From contig NC_090363.1 of the NCBI RefSeq assembly GCF_035084215.1, positions 11,346,001 through 11,410,000 on the forward strand: a DNA stretch of 64,000 nucleotides, written 5' to 3'. Both the position numbers and the translations under genes were made by a program. The notes beneath the pieces are model-generated. The model made no database searches and was not told where the DNA came from. It worked only from the letters and a program-made list of their open reading frames with translations. Shown here one piece after another: positions 1 to 12,781 of this stretch; the first letter of the stretch is position 1; the number at the start of each line of letters is the position of its first letter. Source of the DNA: Heptranchias perlo (lineage: Eukaryota).

Positions 1-230
1 AAACATTTCGGTGCAGCATTGGTGGAGGTGCCATTTTTCACACAAGACGTTAAATCGAAGCCTCATCTGCTTTTTCAGAGGGATGTAAGAATTCTCATGG
101 AACTATTTCAGCAGGGAGCTTTGAGAGAGCCCCGGCCCACAGTTTTCCCTTTATAAGCAGCACAGATTATCTGGCCATTTATCGCATTCCTGTTGTGTGA
201 CCTTTGATCTGCCCAATTTGCGGCTGGATT
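1..230 (+). mobile_element. 3' part of a degraded Deu-domain (SacSINE1-like) SINE
   Basis: Similar to the bodies of the SINEs at 18628-19055 and 24232-24673 (GAGACGTTAAA..., GATGTAAGAATTCTCATGG, CAGATTATCTGGCCATTTATCGCATT). Confidence 0.55.
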
Positions 231-364
231 CGTTTGGGTAAAAATAGTGACCACAACACAAAACATTCCATTGGAACTGATGCTGTGAGGGAAATTCTGA
301 GTACCTCTTCCTGTCTCTTTCACTCTCCATCTTTTTCTCCCTCTGCAGCCCCCCACCCCGACCT

Positions 365-660
365 CTTTTTAAATTCATTCTCGGGATGTGGGCGTTGCAA
401 GCAAGGCTGTTATTCATTGCCCATCCATAGTTGTCCTTGAGAAGGTGGTGCGCTTTCTTCTTGAACTGTTGCAGTGGTTTGATACAACTGGCTCACTGCT
501 GAGCAGTTACGAGTCAACCACGTTGATGGTTACGCATAAGCCAGACTGGGTGAGAACGGCAGGTTTCCTTCCCTAAATGAAATTAATGAACGAGTTGGGA
601 TTTTATTACAATCCAATGACTTCATGGACAATTTTACTGGTACCAGCTTTTCAGTTCCAC
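365..660 (-). mobile_element. Short retroposon (SINE-like) carrying the 3' tail of the L2/CR1-group LINE family seen at 21105-22110
   Basis: 365-450 matches the reverse complement of that LINE tail (GGGATGTGGGCGTTGC...ATTGCCCATCC...CCTTGAGAAGGTGGTG). Confidence 0.5.
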
Positions 661-1850
661 AAGCGTGGCCCCAGACGAACAATTGGGTTAAATGAATCAC
701 TGTAAAGTTTATTTGTTTGATATAACAAGGGTAAATGTGAAAAAAAAAACAGTAAAAAGGTCGCGTGCCTTCAGAAGAGTGAATTTTAGAAAAAGAGCCA
801 GAGCACTCAGAGAGGAGAAAGTTAACACTGGAACCGGAAAATAAATAACAGAAGGAATGGATTGGCTGAAGACCATTTTTCTTCCAGAGAAATGGAAATA
901 AATCCTTGCATAAAGAATCAGAAACATAACAACATTGAGAATAAAATGAACAAACAAGGCAGAAAATAAGCAAAGGCGAAGCAGGAATATCACAACAAGG
1001 ACATTGATGACTGATTCCTCCCATTTAGTCAATTGCAGAAACCATTTAAGGTGCAGTGAGGTATTTATTTTATATCCAGATAATTAATGTCTCTTCTCGA
1101 GCACAACTTTGCAGGACTTTCAGAATGGTAAAAAAATGTATTATGATTGTGATTATTATTGTTATTCTCAAATATCATGTCCGTATTTAATATGATAGTT
1201 GATCAAAAAGGAAACACTGGTTATTCTGTTTTAGAGCTCCTCTTATTTGTTAATTTGAATCCCTCAGTAGGAGTGGGTTCAGCGTAGACTGTTTGATTTA
1301 TTTTACGCCACTAAGTTAAGTGTAGATTTTTTATTTTGATGAGATAACCATTCAGGGTATGACGGTGACCGTTGGTCACTCAATCGCTGACCATGTTGAG
1401 CTGCTAAAAATGTGTTAATCGCCCTGGTACTTGAATGAAAGATACAGACGGATGATGACCCATTTTATATTCCTCTCCCAACTTCGATATTGCATCTCAT
1501 GAAGTCAATGCGGTTTACCCTACCACTCTCATAGCTTTTGGATATAATATACACTTTGACTGTTATGTGCTACCGGACTGGTCACATTCAATTCCCCTTC
1601 TTCTACATTTAATCTTTCATTTTTATAACTGGAGCGATGGAGCCTTCGCAGAATTAATTAAAGCACCGTGTTACCAAAAGCAAAATGACGCGATCAAGAT
1701 GCTGCAACGTCGTAACAGTTTCAGAGCGGGGGATTAGTTAGCCTGAGAATGCCCAGTGGAGCCTCGATTTTCGCACTGCCTCATTAAGTGATCGTGCTTT
1801 AGTCATTTATTACTTTATTCATTGATTTGGAAAATAAATATGTTCTAATA

Positions 1851-1930
1851 TGTTTGTTCGAAGGCCCGTTGCTAATGCCAGGTCTTATGTAAAACCACTG
1901 TCTCCCTGTGGGATTGGCTGGTGTATAAAA
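1851..1930 (+). promoter_or_regulatory. Core promoter of GPCR-A: forkhead-like TGTTTGTT, TAAT, D-box-like TTATGTAA, reverse CCAAT and TATA box
   Basis: TGTTTGTT 1851-1858, TAAT 1873-1876, TTATGTAA 1885-1892, ATTGG 1913-1917, TATAAAA 1924-1930. Same spacing upstream of GPCR-B and GPCR-C. Confidence 0.65.
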
Positions 1931-2004
1931 CAGCTCCTGTTTCGATGCATTGTCTTTGTGTCCAAACCAGACTCTTGTTTCCACGATTGTCTGGTCTACA
2001 GGAA

Positions 2005-3724
2005 ATGGGACGAACAGAAGTTGTGTACGAATCAGTCATTTGCTATCCAATTCTTGCAATTATTGGTGTTCCCGGTAAGCAATAACAAGCATTCATTATT
2101 TGGACCATCATTTCAATGAATTATTGCTTTGACTATGCGCTGTTTGTATCTATATCTTTGTTCCTTATTTGTCCATTTTATGGTAACAGTTTATAGAATA
2201 GAAGTCTCTCACTTCACCTTGTTTACTTTAAAATGACAAATTTGTGGTATTATATAATGTTCCCTAAAAGTATACACCAAAAGCAAGTTCTCCCCTTTGT
2301 TTAACGCCCTGCAATCTGCTGCCTGGTTGAAGTGTGGCCATCAGGTCGAACGTGAGGGTCCGCATGCGAAACATTAACCTATCTTTCTCTTCCATGCCTG
2401 TTGCTCATCTCTAAGATCTAGTTTTTCTGAATCACGTGTATGAATTGGCAACAAATCAATGGCTATTTTACATAACTCTGTTCATTACCTTGCCAGAATG
2501 AAAAGCCTTCTGATCAGTGATGTATCTCCTAAAAGATAATTGACATAATTGTAAAACTGTCTCGGTTAATCAGATGTATCAAACGCGGGGCCAATTCTCA
2601 CCAATTCGTATGCTGTACAATGTATGTTCTGGACTGAGGTCAGTTAATTCAGCAGAGAGCAGGGTGTGAATTTGGCACCATCCAGTTCCGGTTGTCTCAA
2701 GTACCGCTTCCACTGAGAATGAAAGGGTGCCATTTCCCTAACAAGCCTCTGTTCTTACAATTGCGAGATTTTATATCGCCGATCTATTTCTTCATTAATT
2801 CTCTTGTTTTTGCAATTTCTGACAGCGAATCTGATGTCAGTTGTGATCCTGTCCCGGGGAAAGTGCGTTCTCTCCAAAGGAATCACTCGTTACATGGTGG
2901 CCATGGCAATAGCAGATCTATTGGTCTGTATCTTTAATGTATCTGTAGAAAGCATCTTTAGGTATCATTTCCCAAATACATTCTTGAACTACACTTACAC
3001 GTGTCGCTTTAGTGCCATTATACAAGTAGTTAGCCCTCGACTCTCTATCTGGTTCACACTGGCATTCACCTTTGACCGCTTCATAACCATTTGTTGCCAG
3101 AAACTGAAATTAAAATATTGCACTGAAAGAAATGCTGCTATAGTTATCACTGTAGTGTGTGTGCTCAGTATATTGATCAATATTCCTGTTTATTTCCGTT
3201 ATGAGCCCTACTATATTGTTGACGATATACAGTGGGGCTGCCGTACAGCAACAGGTTATTTTTATTTACCGGCATGGATAACTTACAAATGGATTAGCAC
3301 TCTCTCATCCCCATTACTTCCATTCCTATTGTTGTTGGTATTAAATATCCTCACTGCCAGGCACATCTTAGTGGCCAGTAGATCTCGCAGAGCCCTGAAG
3401 AGCCAAAGCATCGGGGAGAACAAAAGTGATCCTGAGATGAAGAGCAGAAGAAGGTCCATCATTCTACTCTTCTCTGTCTCAGGTAGTTTAATTTTGTTGT
3501 CGGCTCCAATTACTGTAATACACATCTCTGTCGGTGTCACGGAAACAGCTAATTTCCAAGGTTCAAGCTCATTTTATTCAGCAATTAGAATCACACTTCT
3601 GTTGTATTATTTGAGCTCCTGCACAAACACGTGCATTTATGCATTGACCCAGAGGAGATTCCGGGAGGAAATGAAGAATACGGTGAAATATCCGTTTACT
3701 CTCATTCTTACATTATTTAAGTAA
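2005..3724 (+). CDS. GPCR-A: class A GPCR, GPR139/GPR142-like, 2 exons (2005-2074, 2826-3724), 322 aa
   Basis: Exon 1 MGRTEVVYESVICYPILAIIGVP ends at a G|GTAAGC donor. Acceptor TTTCTGACAG|CG gives a phase-1 join to ANLMSVVIL. Seven hydrophobic segments, TM2 AIADLL, TM3 FTFDRF, ECL2 WGC, TM7 SCTNTCIY, helix 8 RRFREE. No internal stops. Confidence 0.9.
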
Positions 3725-3929
3725 TGTAAATAACTAAATTGAAATTAAACTCATTTTACCGGTATCTAGCTTCTCTGTTGCCGGTTGATCGGTTCGGCTG
3801 AAGCAGGGGTTCCGCCCATTACTTCTTATCTTTCCAGAACATCAGTTGTCCCACTTTCCAATTTCGCAAGGAGATGGTACTTGTGCTGCTGTTGTGAAAC
3901 TCGCCATGGCGACGTCACAAAACTTCTCT

Positions 3930-5400
3930 CCTGAATGACTTGGCTCTGTTTTTAAGGTTATATCCCTTTCTCCTAGACTCCACTACCAGCGGAAAAAAAT
4001 CATCTTTATCCACCCTATCAATTCTTTTCAAAGTCCTAAAAAGCTCATCAAATCACCCCTTAACCTTCGATATTCCAGGGTGTAAAATCCTAGTTTATGC
4101 AAACTCGTTTAAATAATCAAACCCTTAGTACCATGGTAACATTCTGGCGAATCTGCGCTGCACTTCAATCAAGGCCAATATATCCTTTCTAAGATGCAGT
4201 GCCCGGAACTGTGCACAGTACTCCGGATTTAGTCTGACCGGGACTTTGTATGGCTGCAGCAAATCTTCCTCCTCTACATAGTTTAACCCTCTGGTTATAA
4301 ACGCTAACATTCCATTAGACTTCCTGATTTTTTTTTACCTGACTGCTACGTTTTATTGATCTGTGTACATGGACACCTAAATCTCTTTGGACCACCACTG
4401 TTCCTAGCTTTTTACCATTGAAAGAATATTCGGATGGTTGATCTTTATTTTAACTCCATCTACCCGTCTTTGCTATATATCACTTGATACTTCTACCTGA
4501 TCAAACTATATCTATCTCAGTCTTGAAAGCTCCAATTGCGCCAGCATCCGTAACATTTTGGGTGAGCGCGTTCCATATTTCGTGTGAAAAAGTGCTTTAT
4601 GATTTTGCTCCTGGATGGCCAAGATCTAATTTTAAGATTATGTCCCTTTGTTCTTGATTCCTCCACCAGAGGAAATGATTTCTCTGTATCGACGCTATCA
4701 AATCCCTTTAACGTTATAAATACGTTGATCAGATCACCGTCAATCCCTACACTTAAGGGAATTCAAACCAACTTTATGGAACCTGACTGCATAATTTAGC
4801 CCTTGAAGCCCCATCAGGAGTATCAATGAGGAGGGCATTCAGACCCTCGAGCCTGTTCCACCATTCAAATAGATCATGGCTATTCGGTATCTCAACTCCA
4901 CGAACCGCCTTTGTACAAAATCCCTTAATACCCTAAGCAGAAAATAATCTATCAATCTCAGCTTTAAATTGTCAATAGACACCCAGCCTCAGTAGCTTTT
5001 TGGGGAGACAGTTCTAGATTTCCACTAACCTCGGTGTCAAAAAAGGTTTCCCGGCAACACCTCCGAACGGCCTAGCTCCAATTTTAAGGTTGTGCCCTTG
5101 CACTGGATCCCCCCCCCAACCCCCCCCCCCCCCCCCGCCCAGAAGAAATAGTTGATCTCTATCTATCCTATAATATCCTTTAATCATCTTAAACACTTCA
5201 ATTCGATCGCGCCTGAGTGTTCTATACTCAAGGAAGCACAAGCCGAGTCTATGCAACCTATCCACGTAATTTAACACTTTTAGCCCCGGAATCATTCTGG
5301 TGAATCTGTGCTATACCCACTCGAAGGCCAATATATCCATTCCTTCTTGAGGTGTGGTGCCCAAAAGTGAAGGCAATACTCCTGATGGGATTGGATCAAG
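3930..5400 (-). mobile_element. Stack of old 5'-truncated CR1 LINE 3' fragments
   Basis: Minus-strand translations resemble the CR1 ORF2 C-terminus (LNPEYCAQF...VQRRFARMLP; MIPGLKVLNYVDRLHRLGL...IEVFKMIKG). Confidence 0.75.
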
Positions 5401-5401
5401 A

Positions 5402-6862
5402 ATAGAACCATAGAAGCATAGAAAAGATACAGCACAGAAAGGGGGCCATTCGACCCATTGTGTCCGCGCCGGCTCGTAGAACAACCAGGTGCCCATTCTA
5501 ATCCACCTTCCAGCACCCGGTCCGTAGCCCTGCAGCTTACAGCACTTTAGGTGCAGGTCAAGATACTTTTTAAAAGATTTGAGGGTCCGCGCCTTGACCA
5601 CCAATTCGGGCAGTGAATTCCATACCCCCACCACTCTCTGGGTAAAAAAAAGTTTTTCCTAATGTCCCCTCTCATCCTTCCGCCAATCAGCTTAAATCTA
5701 TGTCCTCTAGTTCTTAAAGTCTCCGCTAGGGGAAACAGGTACTTCCTGTCGACTCAATCTGGGCCCCTCATGATTTTGTACACCTCAATCAAGTCACCCC
5801 TCAGCCTCCTCTGCTCCAAGGTAAACAACCCCAGCCTATCCAATCTCTCCTCGTAGCTGCAATTTTCAAGCCCTGGCAACATTCTTGTAAATCTTCTCCG
5901 CACTCTCTCTCCAGAGTAATTCCGTCCTTCCTGTAATGTGCTGACCAGAACTGCGCACAATACTCCAGATGTGGCGTATCAGCCTTTTCTATAGTTCCAT
6001 CATTACATCCCTACTTTTGTATTCCACAACTCGGCTAGTAACAGAGAGCATTCTGTATGCATTCTTCACACCCTTATCTACCTGTATTGCCACCTTCACG
6101 GACCTGTGCACATGCACTCCAAGGTCCTCACTTCCTCTAACCCTCTCAATATATTCCCGTTTACTGCGTATTCGCTTTTACTGTTTGCCCTCGCTAACTG
6201 CATGACCTCACACTTGTCCGGGCCCACTCCACCAATCCATTGATATCTTCTTGAAGTCTACAGCTATCCTCTTCACTATCAACTACACGACCAGTTTTTG
6301 AGTAGTCTGCAAATTTGCCAATCATGCCCCTTACATTCAAGTCTAAATCATTAATATAAACCACAAACAGCAAGGGACCCAACACTGAGTCCTGTGGCAC
6401 ACCACTGGAAAAGAATTTCAATTCGCAAAGACATCCATCGACTTTTACTCTTTGTTTCCTGTTACTGAGACAATTTTGGATCCAATTCGCCACATTTCCC
6501 TGTATCCCATAGGCTTTTACCTTTTTGTCCAGTCTGCCATGAGGGACCTTGTCAAATGCCTTACTAAAATCCATGTAGCCAACATCCACTGCATTACCCT
6601 CATCAATCCGCCTCATCACTTCCTCAAAGAATTTAGTCAGATTTGTAATGCATCACCTTCACTGAACAAATCCATGCTGACCATCCTTGATCAAACCATG
6701 CCTTTCCAAGTTACAGTTTATCTTATCTCAGTATTGATTCGAATAGTTTGCCCACCACCGAGGTAAGACTGACCGGCCTAAAATTTTTCGGCCTTTCCCT
6801 CGTACCCTTTTAAAACAATGGTACTACGTTTGCAGTCTTCCAGTCCTCCGGTACCTCCCCTG
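5402..6862 (-). mobile_element. Younger CR1 LINE (RT to 3' tail, internally deleted), apparently nested in an older CR1
   Basis: YMDFSKAFDKVPHGRL, SGVPQDSVLGPLLFVVYINDL, KFAD motifs; (CATAGAA)n tail at 5402-5425. The older CR1 sequence resumes after about 6865. Confidence 0.85.
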
Positions 6863-6864
6863 AG

Positions 6865-7420
6865 CTTCAATCTATTCTACTGAATCTATTCAACTGAAGC
6901 ATAACTTCCTCCCCTTTGTAATCCAGCCCCCTTAAGATAAAGACTAACATTCTATTAGCCTTTTTGAATGCTTTTGTACCTGTCAACTAGCTTCTAATGA
7001 TTTATGTGCTTAGACTCTCAGATCTCTTTGCCCACATTGAAATCTATTTGCCAGAGTTTTGACACTCAATTAGCTTTCTATGTCCCTTTGCAAGTTCCTG
7101 CTAGCAACTGCACTATTTACCGGCCCTACTAACTGAGTGTCAACTGCAAACTTGGATTTACAACTCTATTACTTCATCCAAGTCATTAATAAATATGGGG
7201 GAAATGTTGAGGTTCCAGAACAGATCCCCATGGAACACCACTTGTCACATCTCGTCAATTAGAGTGTGCCCCCTTTAGTACCATTCTCTGTTTCCTTTAT
7301 AACCACTTTGCCTTGGGTACATGCCTCTCTGATCTCCATATTTATGCATCGCGCTGCTGCATCATTGCTGTCAGTGGGTCTGTCGACGAATCCAACCAGA
7401 GTCTTAAAGTCCTTTGTTTA
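6865..7420 (-). mobile_element. Old degraded CR1 RT fragment
   Basis: Degenerate GVPWGSVL / INDLDE / KFAVD-like motifs on the minus strand. Confidence 0.6.
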
Positions 7421-8028
7421 TAAAAAGCACACGGGGTCCTGGGCTATATAAATAAAGGCATAGAGTAGAAAAGCAAAGACTAGATGCTAAACCTTCATAA
7501 AGCATTGGTTCGGCCTCAGTTGGAGTGTTGTGTCCAATTCTGGGCACCATGCTGTAGGAAGGATGTGAATGCTTTGGAGAGGGTGAAGATGAGACTTCCC
7601 ACAATGGTACCAGGTTGTGGGACCTCAGTTATGTGGAGAGAATTAGAGAACATAGGATTGTTCCCCTTGGAGCAGAGAAAGTTTATGGAAGATTTTAGAA
7701 GGTGTTCAAAATTATGAATGGTTTTGAAGGAGAAATTGTTTCCACTGGAAGGAGGATCGGTAACCAGAGGACAGAGATTTAAGATATTTGGCAAAAGTAC
7801 GAAGGGGGAGATGAGGAGAAATTATTTTATACAGTGAGTAGTGATGATCTGGAAAATATTGCTTGAAAGGGCGGTGGTAGCAGGATAAATACTTGAAAAG
7901 GAAAAGAATTACAGGGCTTTGGGGAAAGACGTGGGCAGTGGCACTAATGGGATAGCTTTTTCAAAAAGACGGCACAGGCACAATGGGCTGAATGGCCTAC
8001 TTCAGCGCTGTAACGTTCTATGATTCTT
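7420..8028 (+). mobile_element. CR1 LINE 3' fragment
   Basis: MLNLHKALVRPQLECCVQFWAP...; 3' UTR GGGCTGAATGGCCT and TTCTATGATTC tail. Confidence 0.8.
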
Positions 8029-8885
8029 TGTGTTTCTTAATTCTACCAGAGTGTATCCACAGTTTGCTCACCCATACTGATATGCTTCCTTTCAACTGCA
8101 GCAATATTGACTTGTAGCAATATTGCTAATCCTCCTCTTTTCCCTATTTCCCTGTTATTTGTAAAGTCCTTATAGCCTGAATATTAAGTTCCCATTCTTT
8201 TATTGTCAACTGAGGAGTTCCGTTACTCCGTTCATTTCCCATATCAATTATTTATTCATCCATCATCCAATCTTCCCTAACTTTCTCTTGATATCCCCGC
8301 AATGAAATCTCCTTTTCAATTTTAATTCGCCAAGGTTTCCTGCCAAAGTTTATCATTACTGGTTCATTGCATTTTGAATGAAGTCATTGGCACATCGAAT
8401 GTTGCTCATGTCCTTATTGAGTGGCCTTCGACTCATTCGAACATGAGAAATCTACGCATTCAGATTGCAAGGGAAATTATTTCTGCAGACTTGTTCAACT
8501 GAACCTTTGACAAGATCCAACAAGGTTACCATAATTTGTACTTAGCATCCTGAGCAAATCGCAAATTAAGTCATGGAAGAAAGAACCGAATGAATTTGAT
8601 GTCGTTTTCCTTTTCAAGTTACAATCAGTTTTGAAACTGAATTTACAATGTTATTTTTCTTGGAAATACATAAATAAATACACTTGCTGCACCATCGCAT
8701 GGCTTCCTGCAGCTAAATCAAACCAACGAGTATTCAAAAGTGACTGATAGGCCAAGGGAAATGCGGGCTTTATTATCACCAATTGGATCTGAATTCCCCC
8801 TTTACTCTGCTCCTCAGCTGAACTTCGATTCCAGGGCAAACGCTCAGCCACTGACGCCATTCTTCACCTGTGTGGGGACACAATG

Positions 8886-9042
8886 GGGTAATTTTAAATT
8901 AGCTCACCGGGCAGGAAACCCATGGGATCGGGTGGAATGCCGGCTTTACACTCCGCCCAATATTACTGTGCACTGACTTCAATAGAGAGTAAAATCAGGC
9001 GGGGTGATCAAGTGGGTTTAGGGCGGGTTAGGTTAAAATTGC
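8886..9042. mobile_element. Palindromic MITE (non-autonomous DNA transposon)
   Basis: Ends GGGGTAATTTTAA... and ...GGTTAAAATTGC. Related copies at about 9240-9400, 9485-9615, 26157-26337 and 30740-30983. Confidence 0.55.
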
Positions 9043-10087
9043 TATTGGCGGCCAGTTATACATCTCTCCTGATTCATCGACTTCAATGTTATTAAAAATG
9101 GGGAGGTATGTAAAATGAGCTGTTGTCTCGTTATCACGGGTTTTACACTCTCGCAAAAAGTCAAGATCTCCACCAATATCTTTCCATTGTTTGCCTGATA
9201 TCTTCTCCCATCGAGATCAGAGGGAATATTTGCACGAACCTGAATTTTAATTTGAACTTTCGGCCAAGGTGCAAAACAGATGATATCGGATTGGCCGTCC
9301 ATCATCCATTATTCTTTCTACTGATTTGAGTGAAAGGAAAAAGCGGCGGGTGTATAATGTCCGCCCAACCCGATATCGCCGAAAGTTAAAATTGCCCCGG
9401 TCCGACAGTGTTGAACAACAGGTGATACCGTTCAGCCGCCCGCTATAAACACCGTCCAATCTTCCTCTCGGATGAAGTCCGATGGGATAATTTTAACCGA
9501 ACACACAGTTCGGGAAGTCAATGCAGAATAATAATTGAAGAGGGGTATAAAAACGGTTTTCCTCCTTTTATGCTGTGTGTCTCCCGCCTGATTAGTTAGT
9601 TGAAAATTACCCTCGCGGTTTTACACCCGGCACAGTATACTCGACATATTAATCGCTCCGGGTGCAAAAATAGCATGGCCCCCGATCCCGTCAGTTTCCC
9701 GACGGGCGGGTTAGGTTATAATTGCTACACTATGGAAAGAAAAACCAGGCGGGCTGTTCAATGGTCAGCCTGTTCGATATTGTCTGTTATACACTCCCGC
9801 TGAAATTGAACTTTTGGCCTTGTGTTTTGGTCCCAAAAATCAACAATAGTGAAAAGTTGAGATGTTTCACTTACTATCAGCAATATGTTTTGTTATTAAA
9901 CCTGAAAAGGTGAGTTTCAGAAAAACGGTATTAATACCGTCTCCTTCCGCTAATGGAAAGATGGGAGGAGCTGATTCTGGGAAAGGATGAGATGCGATGG
10001 ACGGGAAGACCTGCCTCATCGAACTGATCAGATGGCAACGGTGAACTGAGATACCGGGCAATGAACTCTGACTGAATCCGGTTGTTT

Positions 10088-11736
10088 TCATTGCTTCAAT
10101 AATTTAATAATGAGAGTAAATGGATATTTAACCATATTCTTCATCTCCTCTCGGAATCTCCTCTGGGTCAATGCATAAATGTACGTATTTGTGCAAGAAC
10201 TCAAATACATCAACAGAAGGCAGAATCTAATTGCCAAATAAAGTGAGTTTGGACCTTTCAAAGTAATTGTCTCCGTGAGGTCCAAACAGAGGTCAAGTAC
10301 CACAACTGGCGTCCACAACACAATAAAACTCCCCGAGATAGCGAAGAGCAGAATGATGGATGTTCTTCGGTTCTTTATCTCAGGATCACTGCTGTTCTCC
10401 GCATTGTTGCGGCTCTTCAGGGCTCTCCGAGATCTACTGGCCACTAAGATGTGCCTAACAGTCAGAGAATTTAACAGCAATAACAAGGGCAGTGGTATTA
10501 ATGGGACTGAGAGATTAGCGATCCATTTGTAAGCTCCCCATGCCAGTGAAGAATAATATCCTGATACTGTACGGCAGCCCCACGGTATATCGTCAATAAT
10601 AGAGTAGGGCTCGTAACGGAAATAAACAGGAATATTCATCAAAAAGCTAAGCGCACACACGATCGTTAAAACCATGGTGGCGGTCCTTTCGGTGCAATAT
10701 TTTAATTTTAGTTTCTGACAACAAATGGCTACGAAGCGGTCAAAGGTGAACGACACTGTGGACCAGACAGAGAATTGGATGCTCGATACTTGTATAACGG
10801 TATTAAGACTACAAACGTAAGTGTGGCTCAAGAATGAATCCAGGAAATGATACCGAAAGACGTTTTCCACAGTTACATTAAAGATACAGACCATTAGATC
10901 TGCTATTGCCATGGTTACCATGTAACGAGTGATTCCTTTGGAGAGGCCGCACTTTCCCCGGGAGAGGATCACAATTGACATCAAGTTCGCTGTAAGAAAT
11001 TAGAAAACAAGAAAATTAGCAAAGAAATAGATCAGCGATGTGAACGGAATTGAGCGGGTATGAACAACCAGACCGAGGAGACTTGTTCCGTGATTCGATG
11101 GGTGTTACAGGTCCCTCCCAGTCTCACTGGATACGGCCCTTCCTGCCGATGCCGCATACAACCTTCTGTGAAACAGACGTTGGTTTATTTCAGAATCTGA
11201 CACGATGACAATTAACACAGTGTCCGATACATTCGACACATCGGAGTCTGAAACACAGAATCTTGTAAATGCACAAATGTGTCAACACCTGGAAGAGAAA
11301 AACTCGGTGTTCGGGCCCGCCCGTGTTCGCTCTGATGGTGACACAGGGGCAATTTTGAAGGCGGATGAGCCAATTCTTAAATTAGCCAATGATGACCACA
11401 ACCTGCAACCCGTGACGCAGCCACAGCACAGAACAAGTCATTGAAAGAGCAAGAAAAGTTCCGATAACCGACGGCCGATGATGATAACGGTCATAACACA
11501 AAAGTTGTCATTTTCAAGTAAATAAGGAAACGTGAGAGACTTCTATTCAATAAATTGTCACCAGAAACAGGACAGTCACGGGAGAAAGAGATGGAGACAA
11601 ACAGCAGGTTAAAAAAAACAACAATGCATTGAAAGAATGGCCTTCCAAAATTAATAATCGGTTATTATTGCTTACCAGGAATACCGATACTTGCAACAAT
11701 CGGATAACAAATCACTGTGCTGTCTGCTCCTCCCAT
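10088..11736 (-). CDS. GPCR-B: class A GPCR, GPR139/GPR142-like, 2 exons (11736-11676, 10989-10088), 320 aa
   Basis: Exon 1 MGGADSTVICYPIVASIGIP ends at a G|GTAAGC donor. Acceptor TTTCTTACAG|CG joins to ANLMSIVIL. 7TM with FTFDRF, WGC and SCTNTYIY. Close inverted paralog of GPCR-A, including intron and promoter similarity. Confidence 0.9.
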
Positions 11737-11817
11737 TTTACACGAAAACAAATTTCGAAATGTTGGGCGAAAGGATCCGGCTGGTGCACTGAGGCCATGC
11801 ATTGAAAGCAGCCCTGA

Positions 11818-11896
11818 TTTATACAGGAGCCAGATCTCCATTGAGACACTGAAGTTACATAACACCTCTCATTAACGGCAGGCAATTCAACAAACA
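11818..11896 (-). promoter_or_regulatory. Core promoter of GPCR-B (same module as GPCR-A)
   Basis: On the minus strand: TGTTTGTT 11896-11889, TAAT 11874-11871, TTATGTAA 11862-11855, TATAAA 11823-11818. Confidence 0.65.
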
Positions 11897-12394
11897 CTAC
11901 TAAGATAGTTCTTTCCAAATCAATGAGCAAAGTGAACTCCACAGTCACTAATTGGGGATTGTGATAAACCAGGTAGCACTTGGCTCACTAATCCCCTAGA
12001 CCTGAATCTATTGACTTGTCATAATATCCTGATTCATTGGCGGCTCTTGGTAGGAATGTGCTTTATTAGTCCTTCGATTACAATCCACTTTAACCTACTG
12101 ATTGTCTTTCTAATAGGTCCGATATGTACTAACGTGACCGGCGGGTACGGACCGGATTCAGGTCTGACATTCGTTTCACACTCGGTCGGATTTTACTATC
12201 TATTAACTTCAATAGAAAGTAAAAGCGGACCGGGTGTAAATCAGGCATTACAACGAAACCGAGTGATATGGAGAGACACTGGCAGGAGGAGATATATAGA
12301 GCTGTGACTAAGTACTGCGGGTGATAAATGGACACCCGAAAAGACGTTTATACAAAAAGGGTTGACTCTATGCAGTTTGTGATACAGGAGTTGA

Positions 12395-12755
12395 TCAAGG
12401 AAGTGGGCTTGGCTCAATTATCTTCCACTGCTTCCTCAATAACCTTTCAACCCTCATAAGGTCAGAAATGGGGCTGGTCGCTGATGATTGCTCAGTTTGC
12501 AGCTCCATTCACAATTCCTCAGATAATGAAACGGTCCATGCCCACATGCAGCAAGAGCTGACTAATATCTGGCCTTGGGCTGCTACTTCCACGCCACACA
12601 AGGCGGTGACCATCTCTATCAAGGGAAAAACTAACCACCTCCCCGTGACATTGAATGGCATTACCATCGTTGAATGCCCCACCACAAACATCTTGAAGGG
12701 GGGTCACCATTGACCAAAACTCAACTCGATCAGCCACATAAATGCGGTGGCCATG
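12395..12755 (+). mobile_element. L2/CR1-group LINE RT fragment (family of 21105-22110)
   Basis: Translation ADDCSVCSSIHNSSDNETVHAHMQQEL...LTLNGITIVECPT matches the minus-strand copy at 21.8-22.1 kb. Confidence 0.65.
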
Positions 12756-12781
12756 TGAAATGAGATGAGAAGTTTCACTAC

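Noticed and set aside
2804-2825. ORF-track start for GPCR-A (MFLQFLT), and similar starts at 10984 and 24937
   Set aside because: These lie in the intron acceptor region or inside TM1; the true starts are in upstream exon 1.
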